Shown here one piece after another: positions 53,338 through 64,000 of a stretch of 64,000 nt of DNA. Below the pieces are notes generated by a model. That model saw only the letters and a list, made by a program, of their open reading frames with translations. It made no database searches and was not told the origin of the DNA. The stretch lies in contig OY968796.1 of the NCBI GenBank assembly GCA_963695545.1, forward strand, positions 2,176,001 through 2,240,000, written 5' to 3'. Numbering within the stretch: the first letter of the stretch is position 1; every line of letters starts with the position of its first letter. Source of the DNA: Terriglobia bacterium. GTDB taxonomy: Bacteria; Acidobacteriota; Terriglobia; Acidiferrales; UBA7541. Made by a program: the position numbers and the translations under genes.

Positions 53338-53916
53338 ATGTGGGGAAACAACAAGAAGACAGAAGCGCCGTCGCCGGGAGCGAGCCCTGCGCCGCCGTCC
53401 AAGCAATACAGCACTTCAACATCATCGATACCGGCTTCGGCCGTTGGGGAGGGAACTAGCATGAGCAGTGACGCGATACGTCCCATCAGCACCACACCCG
53501 CCGGCGGAGTTGCACGCCTCGGCGCGAGCCTGCACGTGAAGGGCGAAATTACCGGCAACGAAGACCTGCACATCGACGGCAGCGTCGAGGGCTTGGTCCA
53601 ACTCGAAGAGCGCAAGCTGACCATCGGCGCGAGCGCCAAGGTTACCGCGGATGTCGTAGCACGCGAAGTTGTGGTCTACGGCAGCGTCAAGGGCAATCTC
53701 CGCGCGAAAGACCGCATCGAAATCAAAAAGGACGGCTCGGTCGTGGGCGACCTGACCACCGCCCGCATCATGATCGAGGACGGAGCCTACTTCAAAGGCG
53801 CGATCGAAATCGATCGCACCGCCTCCGAAAACGATCGCGATTTCGCCAAGCCGGCCTTCGTGCGCCCAGCGGCACCTGTGAACACGACCACGCACGTCGC
53901 GAAGTCGGCGAGCTGA
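53338..53916 (+). CDS. Bactofilin (polymer-forming cytoskeletal protein)
   Basis: VKGEITGNEDLHIDGSVEG...IEDGAYFKGAI. Confidence 0.9.
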   Translation: MWGNNKKTEAPSPGASPAPPSKQYSTSTSSIPASAVGEGTSMSSDAIRPISTTPAGGVARLGASLHVKGEITGNEDLHIDGSVEGLVQLEERKLTIGASAKVTADVVAREVVVYGSVKGNLRAKDRIEIKKDGSVVGDLTTARIMIEDGAYFKGAIEIDRTASENDRDFAKPAFVRPAAPVNTTTHVAKSAS

Positions 53917-54012
53917 TCAAATTGTGAATTGCGTGCGGCCCTCGGCGTTTCGCCAGGGCCGCCGCTCTCAGCGACGCCTGGCTCGCGCAGCGCCGGAACC
54001 TCGCCGACACGC

Positions 54013-55776
54013 ATGCACCATTTCTTCTCCTTTCTCGAAGACGCGCTGCAAAATCACCTCGATTGGGTTTGCTTCTATGTATTTCTCGCGCTGGCGTGTA
54101 TCGCTCCGCGACTCGGAGACAGATTGTTCCGCCCGATCGAGCGGATCGGATCGCGCTTTGCGCTCCGGAAAGGCCTCGCCGTCGTTTCGATTTCACTCGC
54201 GGCGATCCTTTTGCGCGTATCTTTTCTGGGCATCGATTATCTGCCCGTGCCTCTGATTCACGATGAATTCAGTTACGTGCTCGCGGGCGATACCTTTGCG
54301 CACGGCCGCCTGACCAACCCGCCGCATCCGATGTGGATTTTTTTCGAGACGTTTCATGTCCTGCAGCATCCCACCTACGCCTCGAAATATCCTCCGGCGC
54401 AAGGCGCATTTCTCGCGCTCGGGCAACTTTTGGGCAATCAATGGATCGGCGTGCTGCTGAGCGTCGCCCTGATGTGCGGAGCCATTCTGTGGATGCTGCA
54501 GGGCTGGATGCCCGCGCGATGGGCGCTGCTCGGCGGCGTCCTGGTGTTGCTGCGCTTCGCCGTGTTCAACGACTGGGTCGAGGATTATTGGGGCGGCGCG
54601 GTCGCCGCGATTGGAGGCGCGCTGGTGGTCGGCGCGCTGCCGCGAATCATGCGCTCGGCGCGCCCGCGCTACGCGCTATGGATGGGACTTGGCGCCGCGA
54701 TTTTGGCGAACAGCCGCCCGCTCGAGGGCTTCATTCTTTTTGCAAGCGTGGTTGCGGCGCTGGCGCTTTGGTTGTGGAAGCAGCCCGCGCCCGAACGCGG
54801 CAAAATCGCCGCGCGTGTGGTGTTGCCGATGGCGGCAATCCTCCTGGCGTGCGTAGTCTGGATGGGCTACTACAATTGGCGCGTCACCGGTCATCCGTTG
54901 CTGCCCCCGTACATTGCTTACGAGCGCGCTTACAATCCCGAGCCATTTTTCCTGTGGCAATCGGCGCGCCCCAACCCGGCCTATAACAATCCTCAGTTCG
55001 ACAACTATTACAACGTTTGGGCGCCGACGCAGGTCGCGCACGATTGGAATGACGTCCTGAACGGAACCGGCGACAGGATCGCGGAATTTTTCAATTTTTT
55101 TCTGGGCAAGGAACTCGCGGTGTGTCTGCTGGGGCTGCCTTGGTTGCTGCTGCGCGATCGGCGCATGCGTTTCCTCGCGGCGCAATTTGCGGTCTGCGCG
55201 GTAGGACTCCTGGTGGTCGTCTGGTTTTGGCCGCACTACGCCGCGCCGGTTATGGCCACTACCTTCGCACTGGTGGTGCAGGGATTGCGTCACGTTCGCA
55301 AATTCCGAGTTCGCGGCTGGGCCGTGGGAATTGGCCTTTCTCGCGCGATCGTTTTCATGTCCATCGGCTGGATCGTGTCGCAGGCCATGGGCCTGGGATC
55401 CGTGCCCTTTGAAGTGATCGCGGAAACCGCCTCGATGTACCAACGCGATTATTTTGAGTCCAAGCTTGAATCGGTGCCGGGAAAGCAATTGGTGATCGTG
55501 CGTTACGCGCCGAATCACAATCCCAATCAGGAGTGGGTCTACAATCGCGCGGACATCGATGACGCGAACGTCGTCTGGGCGCGCGAGATTCCCGGCGTGA
55601 ACGTTCAACCTTTGCTCGACTACTTCCACGGACGCCGCGTGTGGCTTGCGCTGCCGGATACCGTGCCGCCGCAAATGACTCGCTACGTGCCGCTCGCCGC
55701 GCCCGCACCCACCGCGCCGCCGCCGGCGCAAACGAGCGCGCCCGGCGCGGCCGTTCCGAACACGCCCGCGCGTTGA
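54013..55776 (+). CDS. Polytopic membrane protein, GT-C-like
   Basis: HDEFSYVLAGDTF, YASKYPP, many transmembrane segments, EWVYNRADID. Confidence 0.75.
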   Translation: MHHFFSFLEDALQNHLDWVCFYVFLALACIAPRLGDRLFRPIERIGSRFALRKGLAVVSISLAAILLRVSFLGIDYLPVPLIHDEFSYVLAGDTFAHGRLTNPPHPMWIFFETFHVLQHPTYASKYPPAQGAFLALGQLLGNQWIGVLLSVALMCGAILWMLQGWMPARWALLGGVLVLLRFAVFNDWVEDYWGGAVAAIGGALVVGALPRIMRSARPRYALWMGLGAAILANSRPLEGFILFASVVAALALWLWKQPAPERGKIAARVVLPMAAILLACVVWMGYYNWRVTGHPLLPPYIAYERAYNPEPFFLWQSARPNPAYNNPQFDNYYNVWAPTQVAHDWNDVLNGTGDRIAEFFNFFLGKELAVCLLGLPWLLLRDRRMRFLAAQFAVCAVGLLVVVWFWPHYAAPVMATTFALVVQGLRHVRKFRVRGWAVGIGLSRAIVFMSIGWIVSQAMGLGSVPFEVIAETASMYQRDYFESKLESVPGKQLVIVRYAPNHNPNQEWVYNRADIDDANVVWAREIPGVNVQPLLDYFHGRRVWLALPDTVPPQMTRYVPLAAPAPTAPPPAQTSAPGAAVPNTPAR

Positions 55777-55801
55777 CAAACTCCGCATCCTCCTTTATCG
55801 T
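55773..55801 (+). promoter_or_regulatory. rplM operon promoter
   Basis: TTGACA-N17-TATCGT, 40 bp upstream of rplM. Confidence 0.55.
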
Positions 55802-55840
55802 TAGTTGTTTGTCCTTACAGGGAAGGGTGTCACCGAGAGT

Positions 55841-56290
55841 ATGTCGACCTATGTTCCGAAGGGCCGCGAGGCCGAACAAATCACCGCGGGTAACTCCTGG
55901 TTCGTTGTGGATGCGTCCGGCCGCCCGCTTGGGCGCCTTGCCGCGCAAGTCGCGCGCATGCTGATTGGCAAAGATAAACCGACTTTTACGCCCTATATGG
56001 ATTGCGGCGATCACGTCGTGGTAATCAACGCCAACAAAATCGTGCTGACCGGGAACAAGCTCGAGCAGAAAGTTTATCGCCATCACAGCGGCTATCCCGG
56101 CGGACTAAAAGAAGTTCCGGCCAAGCGTTTGCGGCAAGACCGCGCCGATTGGATGGTGCGCGAGGCCGTCCTTGGCATGCTGCCGAAAAATAAGCTCCGC
56201 GCGCGCCGCGCCCGAAAGCTCCGCGTCTACTTGGACGAAAAAGGGCTTGCCCGCCACACAGGGCAGAGCCCGCAGCCGTTGGCGTTCTAA
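55841..56290 (+). CDS. rplM: 50S ribosomal protein L13
   Basis: WFVVDA, LGRLA, KPTFTP, DCGDHVVVINA, HSGYPGG, GMLPKN. Confidence 0.97.
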   Translation: MSTYVPKGREAEQITAGNSWFVVDASGRPLGRLAAQVARMLIGKDKPTFTPYMDCGDHVVVINANKIVLTGNKLEQKVYRHHSGYPGGLKEVPAKRLRQDRADWMVREAVLGMLPKNKLRARRARKLRVYLDEKGLARHTGQSPQPLAF

Positions 56291-56419
56291 TCGCACCTAC
56301 TGCGTGAGCAAGTATCTGCGAACGCATTCGCGTCGGCGCGAATACCCGGCGAGCCTTCTCCAAGCGGCCGCGCACGAGATTCACGAGCACCAAAGACTTA
56401 GCGACACTGAGGGGGAACG

Positions 56420-56860
56420 TTGAGCGAGACTGCACAACCAATCGAAGCGAGCCGCCCCGATCGGCCGAACGCCAAGACTCAGTTCTACGGCACGGGTCGC
56501 CGCAAGGAATCCGTGGCCCGCGTATACATTCGGCTCGGCTCCGGCAAATTCACGGTGAATGGCCGCACGCCCGAAGAATATTTCCGCAACGTGGCCTGGC
56601 GCACCCGTGCGACCGACCCGTTGAAATTCACCGAAACGCTGAACCAGTTTGACGTGAAAGCTTCCGTGCTCGGCGGCGGCGTTGGCGGACAAGCCGATGC
56701 GCTGCGCATGGGGTTGTCGCGCGCGCTCGCCGTGTTCAATCCGGAATTGCGGCCGGGCTTGCGCAAGAATGGTTTCCTCACGCGCGATTCGCGCATGCGG
56801 GAACGCAAGAAGTACGGCCAAAAGGGCGCGCGCAAGCGCTTCCAGTTCAGCAAGCGTTAG
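56420..56860 (+). CDS. rpsI: 30S ribosomal protein S9
   Basis: [39 protein letters not shown]. Confidence 0.97.
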   Translation: MSETAQPIEASRPDRPNAKTQFYGTGRRKESVARVYIRLGSGKFTVNGRTPEEYFRNVAWRTRATDPLKFTETLNQFDVKASVLGGGVGGQADALRMGLSRALAVFNPELRPGLRKNGFLTRDSRMRERKKYGQKGARKRFQFSKR

Positions 56861-56994
56861 TTTTTCGATGTGGCAGTCTCCGGTCCGCCTGGTGGGGCCG
56901 AATTCACGGCCGGCAAGGAGCCGGCAAGAGGGTGTTCGGCGGACGGCGACGTCTTCCGTCAGCTGTAAAACACTCAATCTACTAAGGAGGAAAT

Positions 56995-57964
56995 TTGGCA
57001 GTCGAAATTACCATGAAGGAGTTGCTGGAGGCCGGTGTGCATTTCGGCCACCAGACCCGCCGCTGGAATCCCGAAGATGAAGGAATACATCTTCGGTGAG
57101 CGCAACGGGATTCACATCATCGATCTGCAAAAAACTCTCAAAATGTTTCGCGACGCCAGCCGCTTCGTCAGCGAGTTGGCCGGACAGGGGAAGGTCGTGC
57201 TGTTCGTGGGCACCAAGCGCCAGGCGCAAGGCGCCGTCGCCGAGGAAGCGCGCCGCTGCGGGATGTTTTTTGTGAACCACCGCTGGCTCGGCGGCACGCT
57301 CACCAACTGGGCCACGCTGCAGAAATCCATCAAGCGCCTGAAAACGCTCAAGGCCATGATCGAAGATGGCCGGATGGCGCAGCTCTCGAAAAAAGAAGCC
57401 GCGCGCCTCGAGCGCGAATTGAAGCACTTGAATCAGAATCTCGAAGGCGTCGAGAACATGACCGCGCTGCCCGATTGCATGTTCGTCGTCGATTCGCATG
57501 CCGAGGCTATCGCCGTGCGCGAAGCGCGCCGCATGGGTGTCCCGGTCGTCGGCATTGTGGATACCAATTGCGATCCCGAGCAAGTGAACTGGGTGATTCC
57601 CGGCAACGACGACGCCCTGCGCGCCATCCGCTTGTTCACCTCGAAGATTTCCGACGCGGTGATCGAAGGGCGCCAGGCATACGAGCAAACGCAGATCGCC
57701 GAGGAAAAAGTTGGCGAACGCGGTCCGGGTGAAGATGCCGTCGATTACGTCGACACCAGCGCCTACGAATCCTACGAGAAGCAGGAAGGCGATTTCGTCG
57801 AGCCCGGGCAGGAGGGCGCTGAGGGCGCGACCGACGCCGTCGCCCCCGACGAGCCGCCGGTCGAGCCGCCCGCGCCCAATGGCGCGGCTGCCGCACCGCC
57901 CGCCGCAGCGGAGGCCGCAACCGCCGTCGCGGCGCCTGAAAAAACTCCGGAACTGACGAGTTAG
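56995..57964 (+). CDS. rpsB: 30S ribosomal protein S2 (apparent extra C at 57070-57072)
   Basis: TTG start after AAGGAGG reads [44 protein letters not shown] continues in the +1 frame. Confidence 0.93.
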
Positions 57965-57972
57965 GCCCCGAC

Positions 57973-58617
57973 ATGACAACAAAACCCGACGCAGCTCCCA
58001 GTCAAGTGAACGTACCGGCGCAACTCGTGAAGGATCTCCGCGAGCGCACCGGCGCCGGTTTCGCCGATTGCCGCTCCGCGCTCGCCGAAACTTCAGGCGA
58101 CATCGAAGCCGCCATCAACGTCCTGCGCAAGAAGGGCCAGGCGGCCGCCGCCAAGAAATCGCAGCGCGACGCAACCGAAGGCTTGATCGGCCATTACATT
58201 CACGCCGGCGGCAAAATCGGCGTGATCGTCGAAGTGAATTGCGAATCCGATTTCGTCGCGCGCACCGAGGAATTTCAGAAGCTCTGCCACGACGTGGCCA
58301 TGCACATTGCCGCGCTCGATCCGCGCTTTGTGCGCCGCGAGGAAGTCACGCCCGAAATTCTCGAGCGTGAAAACGAAATTTGCCGCGAGCAGGCCAAGGC
58401 CACCGGCAAGCCCGAAAAAATTATCGACAGCATCGTCAAAGGCAAGATGGAGAAGTTTTACGAAGAGAACTGCCTTTACGAGCAGCACTTCATCAAGGAT
58501 GAATCCGTCACCATCGGAGAGATGGTGAATCAGATGATCGCCAAGCTTGGCGAGAAAATTTCCATCCGCCGCTTCGTTCGCCTCAAAGTCGGCGAAAGCG
58601 CCGCGCCGCAAAAATGA
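57973..58617 (+). CDS. tsf: Elongation factor Ts
   Basis: VKDLRERTGAG, EVNCESDFVAR; position after rpsB. Confidence 0.97.
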   Translation: MTTKPDAAPSQVNVPAQLVKDLRERTGAGFADCRSALAETSGDIEAAINVLRKKGQAAAAKKSQRDATEGLIGHYIHAGGKIGVIVEVNCESDFVARTEEFQKLCHDVAMHIAALDPRFVRREEVTPEILERENEICREQAKATGKPEKIIDSIVKGKMEKFYEENCLYEQHFIKDESVTIGEMVNQMIAKLGEKISIRRFVRLKVGESAAPQK

Positions 58618-58734
58618 CACGCGCGCTGCTGGGCGCTCTTCGGGCGCCGCGAGCGCGAACGCTGCGGTACGCGCCGCGTGAAGATGTTCACGCGGCGCGA
58701 TTCTCTGCTAAGATGCCCGCCGGGCAGCGCCCGC

Positions 58735-59490
58735 ATGGCCAAGACTGATCCCGCATCCTCGCGCGTCGAATATCCCGAACCCAAATATCACCGGGTCGTC
58801 CTGAAGCTTTCCGGCGAATCCCTGCAAGGTCCACAGGGTTTTGGCATTCATCCTGAAACCGTGGCGGGCATCGCGCGCGAGCTGAAAGAGGTCAACGACC
58901 TCGGCGTGCACATCGCCATCGTGGTGGGCGGCGGAAATATTTTTCGCGGCACGCGGCAGAAAACTCTTTCGATTGAGCGCGCTACCGCGGACACCATGGG
59001 CATGCTCGCCACGGTGATCAACGGTCTCGCGCTCCAGGACGCTCTCGAAAAATGCGGCGTGGTCACGCGCCTGCAAAGCGCAATCGAGATGCATCACGTG
59101 GCCGAGCCATTCATTCGCCGCCGCGCCATGCGCCACCTTGAAAAAGGACGCGTGGTGATCTTCGCCGCCGGCACCGGCAATCCTTATTTTTCCACGGACA
59201 CTGCCGCGGCCCTGCGTGCCATGGAAATCAAAGCGCAAGTGATCTTGAAAGCCACGCGCGTAGACGGCATCTACGACGCCGATCCAGAAAAAACGCCCGG
59301 CGCGAAATTTTTCGAGCGCATCACGTATCTCGACGTGATTCAGCGCGGCTTGGCCGTGATGGACACCACCGCCATCTCGCTCTGCATGGACAACAAAATG
59401 CCCATCATCGTTTTCAATATGAACGTGCCCGGCAACATCAAGCGCGTGCTGATGGGCGAACAAGTCGGCTCGCTTGTCGTTGCCACCTAG
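58735..59490 (+). CDS. pyrH: UMP kinase
   Basis: [30 protein letters not shown]. Confidence 0.97.
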   Translation: MAKTDPASSRVEYPEPKYHRVVLKLSGESLQGPQGFGIHPETVAGIARELKEVNDLGVHIAIVVGGGNIFRGTRQKTLSIERATADTMGMLATVINGLALQDALEKCGVVTRLQSAIEMHHVAEPFIRRRAMRHLEKGRVVIFAAGTGNPYFSTDTAAALRAMEIKAQVILKATRVDGIYDADPEKTPGAKFFERITYLDVIQRGLAVMDTTAISLCMDNKMPIIVFNMNVPGNIKRVLMGEQVGSLVVAT

Positions 59491-59513
59491 CGAGTGGTGT
59501 GAGTTTTGGTTTT

Positions 59514-59548
59514 GTAGGGGCGGAGGTCGTCGCGGCGACTCTCCGCCC
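59514..59548 (+). repeat. GTAG-type REP palindrome
   Basis: GTAG-GGGCGGAG-GTCG...CGAC-T-CTCCGCCC between pyrH and frr. Confidence 0.55.
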
Positions 59549-59608
59549 GCTTCTCTTGCAGCCACGAATTTAGAGACTTCATAATCTCTCTGAACGGAGG
59601 CGGTTCAG

Positions 59609-60181
59609 ATGACCATCGCCAACACCAAAGACGCCGCGGCACAAGCCAAAGCGCGCATGGAAAAAGCCGTCGAAGATTTCCGCAAGGAGCTCGGCACCGT
59701 GCGCACCGGCCGCGCCCACGTTTCGCTGCTCGAACACGTTCGCGTCGATTATCACGGCACGCCCATGCCCATCAATCAGCTCGGCACCATGGCCGTCCCC
59801 GAGCCCTCCATGATCCTGATTTCTCCGTGGGATCCGTCCGCCGTCGCCCTGATCGACAAGGCCATTCGCACTTCCGATCTTGGCCTTAATCCCTCGAGCG
59901 ACGGCAAAAGCGTGCGCGTCCCGATTCCTCCGCTCACCGAAGAGCGCCGCAAAGATCTCGTCAAGCATCTCCACAAAGTTCTCGAAAATCACCGCACCGC
60001 CGTCCGCAATATCCGCCGCGACATCAAAGAAGCCATCGAAAAGCTCGAAAAAGAAAAAACCATCAGCGAAGACGAACGCAAGCGCACCGTCGACGAGCTG
60101 GAAAAACTAACTCAGCAAGAAATCAAAAAAATCGAAGACCTCTCCGCCGCCAAGGAAAAAGAAGTCCTCGAAGTCAAATAA
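59609..60181 (+). CDS. frr: Ribosome recycling factor
   Basis: VRTGRA, LGLNPSSDG, PPLTEERRKDLVK, VRNIRRD. Confidence 0.97.
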   Translation: MTIANTKDAAAQAKARMEKAVEDFRKELGTVRTGRAHVSLLEHVRVDYHGTPMPINQLGTMAVPEPSMILISPWDPSAVALIDKAIRTSDLGLNPSSDGKSVRVPIPPLTEERRKDLVKHLHKVLENHRTAVRNIRRDIKEAIEKLEKEKTISEDERKRTVDELEKLTQQEIKKIEDLSAAKEKEVLEVK

Positions 60182-60290
60182 CAGCGCCGTTGACTCGTGC
60201 CCGGGCGCTTTCGCCTTCGGCCCGGACAGCCCATCACTTTGCCGTGCGGAGCTTTCGGGGTAAATTTTCATGTGAGGAGCTCACCTGACC

Positions 60291-61262
60291 ATGAACTATC
60301 GACGCTTTGGCCGCACCGGATGGAACGTCAGCGAAATTGGTTACGGCATGTGGGGCATGGCCGGGTGGAGCGGCTCGCAGGACGAAGAATCGCTCGCCTC
60401 GCTCAATCGAGCCGTCGAGCTCGGCGTCAATTTCTTCGATACCGCGTGGGCTTACGGCAGCGGACATAGCGAAAAACTCCTGGGGCAAATTCTGCGCGCG
60501 CATCGCGACAAAAGACTTTATGCCGCGACGAAAATCCCGCCGAAGAATCGCAAATGGCCGAGCCTCCGATCTTTCACTCTCGACGATTGCTTTCCGCCCG
60601 AGTACATCGCCGAGTTCGTGGATACCAGTCTCGGAAATATCGGCGTCGAGACGCTCGATCTGATCCAGTTTCATACTTGGGAGGACGGCTGGCTCGCCGA
60701 TGAACGCCTGCCGCGCGCGATCGAAAATCTCCGCGCGAGCGGCAAGGTTCGCGCGGTCGGCATCAGCATCAATCGTTGGGAGCCGGCAAACGGCGTGCGC
60801 GCCGTGCGCTACGGCCTGATCGATTCGGTGCAGGTGATCTACAACATTTTCGACCAAAATCCCGAGGACGAGTTGTTTCCCGCCTGCCGCGAAAAAGACG
60901 TCGCCGTGATCGCGCGCGTGCCGTTCGATGAAGGCACGCTCACTGGCTCGGTCACTCTCGAGAGCAAATGGCCGAAAGAAGATTGGCGCAGCACGTATTT
61001 CGTTCCCGAGAATCTGAAGGCCAGCGTGGAGCACGCCGATGCGCTGAAACCCTTGCTGAAGGACGGCATGACGCTTCCCGAGATGGCGCTCCGCTTCATC
61101 CTGAACAATCCGGACGTCGCCACAATCATCCCCGGAATGCGCAAACTGCGAAACGTGGAATCGAACGTCGCCGCCGACGCGAAGGGTCCACTGCCCGCCG
61201 CGCTCCTCGCAGAACTACGGAAACATCGCTGGGTGCGCACCACGACCTCATGGTCGCAATAG
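60291..61262 (+). CDS. Aldo/keto reductase
   Basis: VSEIGYGMWG, FFDTAWAYG, ATKIP, QVIYNIFDQ, IPGMRK. Confidence 0.92.
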   Translation: MNYRRFGRTGWNVSEIGYGMWGMAGWSGSQDEESLASLNRAVELGVNFFDTAWAYGSGHSEKLLGQILRAHRDKRLYAATKIPPKNRKWPSLRSFTLDDCFPPEYIAEFVDTSLGNIGVETLDLIQFHTWEDGWLADERLPRAIENLRASGKVRAVGISINRWEPANGVRAVRYGLIDSVQVIYNIFDQNPEDELFPACREKDVAVIARVPFDEGTLTGSVTLESKWPKEDWRSTYFVPENLKASVEHADALKPLLKDGMTLPEMALRFILNNPDVATIIPGMRKLRNVESNVAADAKGPLPAALLAELRKHRWVRTTTSWSQ

Positions 61263-61285
61263 CGGTAGGAAGAACTCGTTCAGAT

Positions 61286-64000
61286 TTATTTGTCGTTCGG
61301 TGACGGAGCTGGTGACGACGAGGGAGACGGCGGCAAGGTCGATTGTGGCGTCACCGCGGGCGGCACAACGTCTTCCACTTGTGCCAGCGCCCGCGCGGTC
61401 GATTGCTGATATTTTTGGATTCGATCGAAAGCGGCGTCTGACTTCGCATCCGCGCCCACAACTTCCAGCACGCGCTTCTGCCCCGCTTCGTCCATCGGCT
61501 GGGCCAGTTCGTTGACGGCGGCGATGGCTTGCGGCAGCACTTCGCGCAAGTGCGTAAGCTCCGCGCCCGCGGTTTGCGGCCGATAGCTTAGCCGATCGCC
61601 GGTTTGCATCACGTCCACCACTTCGTCGGGCGACCAACCGAGCGGCCAAAGCTGATTCAGGCTGTCGTACGTTTCGTGGAATCGCGTGATGAGCCCGGCG
61701 AAGCCATCGAGCTCCGCCGAGCGCGCCACAAGCGCGTCGGAGCGATGCACGCGGACGACGACGCGCGTCGTCACCGGCACACTGGCCACGCTGATCACCG
61801 TCGTCAGCGTGTTGCCCTCGAAGCGCCAGCCCGGCGCGCCGCTCTTGGGAGCGTAGCGCACGGCCACGCCGGTCACCTGCACGGAGTCCGGCGGCCAATC
61901 GCCGGGCAAGCGCACTTCGTATCCGCGCGTGCGGGGCATACCAGGGTAGGTGCCGCGCACTGGCGCGATTTCGATCGTCACGTCGTCGCCTTTGCGCGAT
62001 GCGCGCAGATCGGTCCACGCAGCTTCGCCGCGCTCGTAAGCGCGCGTGTTGCTTGCGTCTTCGTAAAGCGCGTAGGAGCTGGCTTGTCCATCAGCCAGCG
62101 GAAACACGTTCACAATCAGCGGATCGACGGGCTTTTCACCCGTGTAGCGCATCTCGGGTTCCATGGGCACGATGGCCCCGGCGCGCACGTAAACCGGAAT
62201 CTGGCGGATCGAGAATTTGCGATGAATTGTCGCCGGCCCCGTGAAATGTTTTCCGGTCGGCCACTCGATCCAGTCGCCGGGCGGCAGCCAGATTTTTTCG
62301 GAGGCGAGTTGCGTCAGTTCGTCCACCGGCTTCGCGACGGGCGCGGCGATCATGTTCTCGCCGAAAACGTATTCGTTCTTCGACGTGTAGGCTTCGTCGG
62401 ATTCCGGCCAGTCGTAGTAAAGCGGCCGCAGAAAAGCCACGCCGGTGTCGTAAGTGCGGCGCGCTTCGGTGTAGATGTACGGCTGCAATGCATAACGCAG
62501 ATGATAGGTGTCGCGCAGAATGTCGGAGTAGGGCTCGGGATACGCCCAGATGCGCCGCTCGGAATCCGGATTTTTCGTGGTGTGCGTGCGCAGGATCGGA
62601 CTGAACGCGCCGAATTGCACCCAGCGCGTGAAAAGTTCCGCATCGACCGCGCCCGGCATGTGCCCGCCGATATCGTGGCTCCAGTAGGCGTAACCCACGT
62701 TCGCGGCGGTGGCCGTGAACCACGGCTGAAAGGCGAGCGAATCCCAGACGGAAATTGTATCGCCAGAAAATCCGATTTCGTATCGGTGGTTGCCGAGGCC
62801 GCCCCAGCGATGAAATAGCAGCGGCCTTTTTCCTTCGCGCGCCTGATCCGTGAAATGGACGTAGTTGAGCCACCAGGTCGGATTGACGCCGGCTTCTTTG
62901 GTGTTCGCTTCCTGTTGCCAATCGAGCCACCAGAAATCGATACCTTGCCGCTCGAGCGGGTGGTGGATCAAGTCCATATAGTTCGTGGCGAATTTTTTGT
63001 CCGTGATGTCGAAGGGAACATATTGCTTCGTCGCGGGATCGATTCCCATGGCGCGCGCCATTTCCGGATAGTGATCCTCCCACGGTTGAATGCCGGAGGC
63101 CGGGTGCACGTTGAGCGTCACTTTCAATCCCCCGGAATGAAGGTTGGCGAGGAAATCGCTGGGATCGGGGAAGAGGAAATGGTTCCAACTGTAGCCGCTC
63201 CATCCGAGCGTGTGACCGGAAGCGTCCAGATTGTTTTCCCACCACTTCGCGCCGAACGTGGGGTGCCAGTCCATGTCGATCACCAGCACGTCGAGCGGCA
63301 CGTCGTTTTCGCGGAAATCTTTTACGAGATCGTCGAGCTCCTGATCGCTGTAGGCCCAGTAGCGCGACCACCACACGCCGAAGGCGAATCGCGGCGGCAG
63401 GGGAATGCGCCCGGCGACGCGAACGAAATCACCCAGCGCCGATTTGTAATCGTGGCCGTAGCCGAAGAAATACAAGTCCTGCCGATCGCCGGCGGGCCGC
63501 TCGATCACCCACGGCCAGGGGCTGGCTTCGCCCTTGGTGAACGAGAAATCGTCCGAATCGAAAAGCGGGCGCGTGGAGTCGTCCACCACGGTCCATCCGT
63601 CGCGCGATACAAGTCCCGGTCCGATCGGCTCTTTGGTTTGATCGCCCTTCGCGCCGTCGAGAGTGCGGGTGGTGCCCAGCAAATTTCCGGTGTCGGGCAT
63701 GCCCGGATGCCAGACGACATCCTGTCCGTTGAGCGTGAACTCGATTGCGAGATTGTCCGCAGTGAATTTGCCGTCGTCCGGCGAGACTGGCGTGTAGGTC
63801 AGCTTCAGGGATTCAGTGTCGATCGTCAATTTCTGTTCCGCGCCGGCGCTTTCGATTTGCTGCGTGAATTTCGGCGCAGGCAACTTGCGATTCAGGAATA
63901 CGAACGAAGCGTGATCCTCAAATTTTCCGTCGGCAGACCACTCCATGCGGATCAACCGCGGCGTCAGCACCGTGAAGCGCGCGTTGCCGAGGGTTACGAC
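61286..64000 (-). CDS. Glycoside hydrolase family 31 protein (5' truncated by window)
   Basis: WWSRYW, VIDMDWH, nucleophile region FWWLDWQ, WSHDIGGH, LRTH. Confidence 0.9.
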   Translation of the reverse strand, partial: VVTLGNARFTVLTPRLIRMEWSADGKFEDHASFVFLNRKLPAPKFTQQIESAGAEQKLTIDTESLKLTYTPVSPDDGKFTADNLAIEFTLNGQDVVWHPGMPDTGNLLGTTRTLDGAKGDQTKEPIGPGLVSRDGWTVVDDSTRPLFDSDDFSFTKGEASPWPWVIERPAGDRQDLYFFGYGHDYKSALGDFVRVAGRIPLPPRFAFGVWWSRYWAYSDQELDDLVKDFRENDVPLDVLVIDMDWHPTFGAKWWENNLDASGHTLGWSGYSWNHFLFPDPSDFLANLHSGGLKVTLNVHPASGIQPWEDHYPEMARAMGIDPATKQYVPFDITDKKFATNYMDLIHHPLERQGIDFWWLDWQQEANTKEAGVNPTWWLNYVHFTDQAREGKRPLLFHRWGGLGNHRYEIGFSGDTISVWDSLAFQPWFTATAANVGYAYWSHDIGGHMPGAVDAELFTRWVQFGAFSPILRTHTTKNPDSERRIWAYPEPYSDILRDTYHLRYALQPYIYTEARRTYDTGVAFLRPLYYDWPESDEAYTSKNEYVFGENMIAAPVAKPVDELTQLASEKIWLPPGDWIEWPTGKHFTGPATIHRKFSIRQIPVYVRAGAIVPMEPEMRYTGEKPVDPLIVNVFPLADGQASSYALYEDASNTRAYERGEAAWTDLRASRKGDDVTIEIAPVRGTYPGMPRTRGYEVRLPGDWPPDSVQVTGVAVRYAPKSGAPGWRFEGNTLTTVISVASVPVTTRVVVRVHRSDALVARSAELDGFAGLITRFHETYDSLNQLWPLGWSPDEVVDVMQTGDRLSYRPQTAGAELTHLREVLPQAIAAVNELAQPMDEAGQKRVLEVVGADAKSDAAFDRIQKYQQSTARALAQVEDVVPPAVTPQSTLPPSPSSSPAPSPNDK

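Overview
GC-rich bacterial chromosome segment, most likely Acidobacteriota (inferred from three acidobacterial-type VWA paralogues, TonB C-terminal proteins and hopanoid genes). Most of it is housekeeping: ileS-lspA-RluA, tRNA-Gln, a UvrD-nuclease helicase, recA, lexA, a 2-oxoacid:ferredoxin oxidoreductase pair and rplM-rpsI-rpsB-tsf-pyrH-frr. Main points of interest: (1) a visibly less GC-rich ~4.2 kb island encoding DUF5131, TcmP, an NDT-like protein and a RusA-like nuclease, which is a candidate defence or DNA-modification system. (2) Two inverted copies (~6.76-7.29 kb and ~42.22-42.65 kb) of an unannotated composite non-coding element: palindromic operator, then a promoter with identical spacing, a variable REP mosaic and a 129-bp array of recombination-site-like units. 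Each copy borders accessory cargo whose far side carries a GTCATCCCGA REP in the same relative orientation. (3) An orphan promoter-terminator unit of ~190-200 nt, a candidate sRNA (possibly 6S-like). (4) A DMT/EamA-HpnI fusion. (5) A TTCGCCT-N4-TTCGCCT candidate SOS box. (6) Frameshifts in rpsB and in a membrane-protein gene, probably sequencing errors. All calls come from reading motifs by eye; no searches were run.
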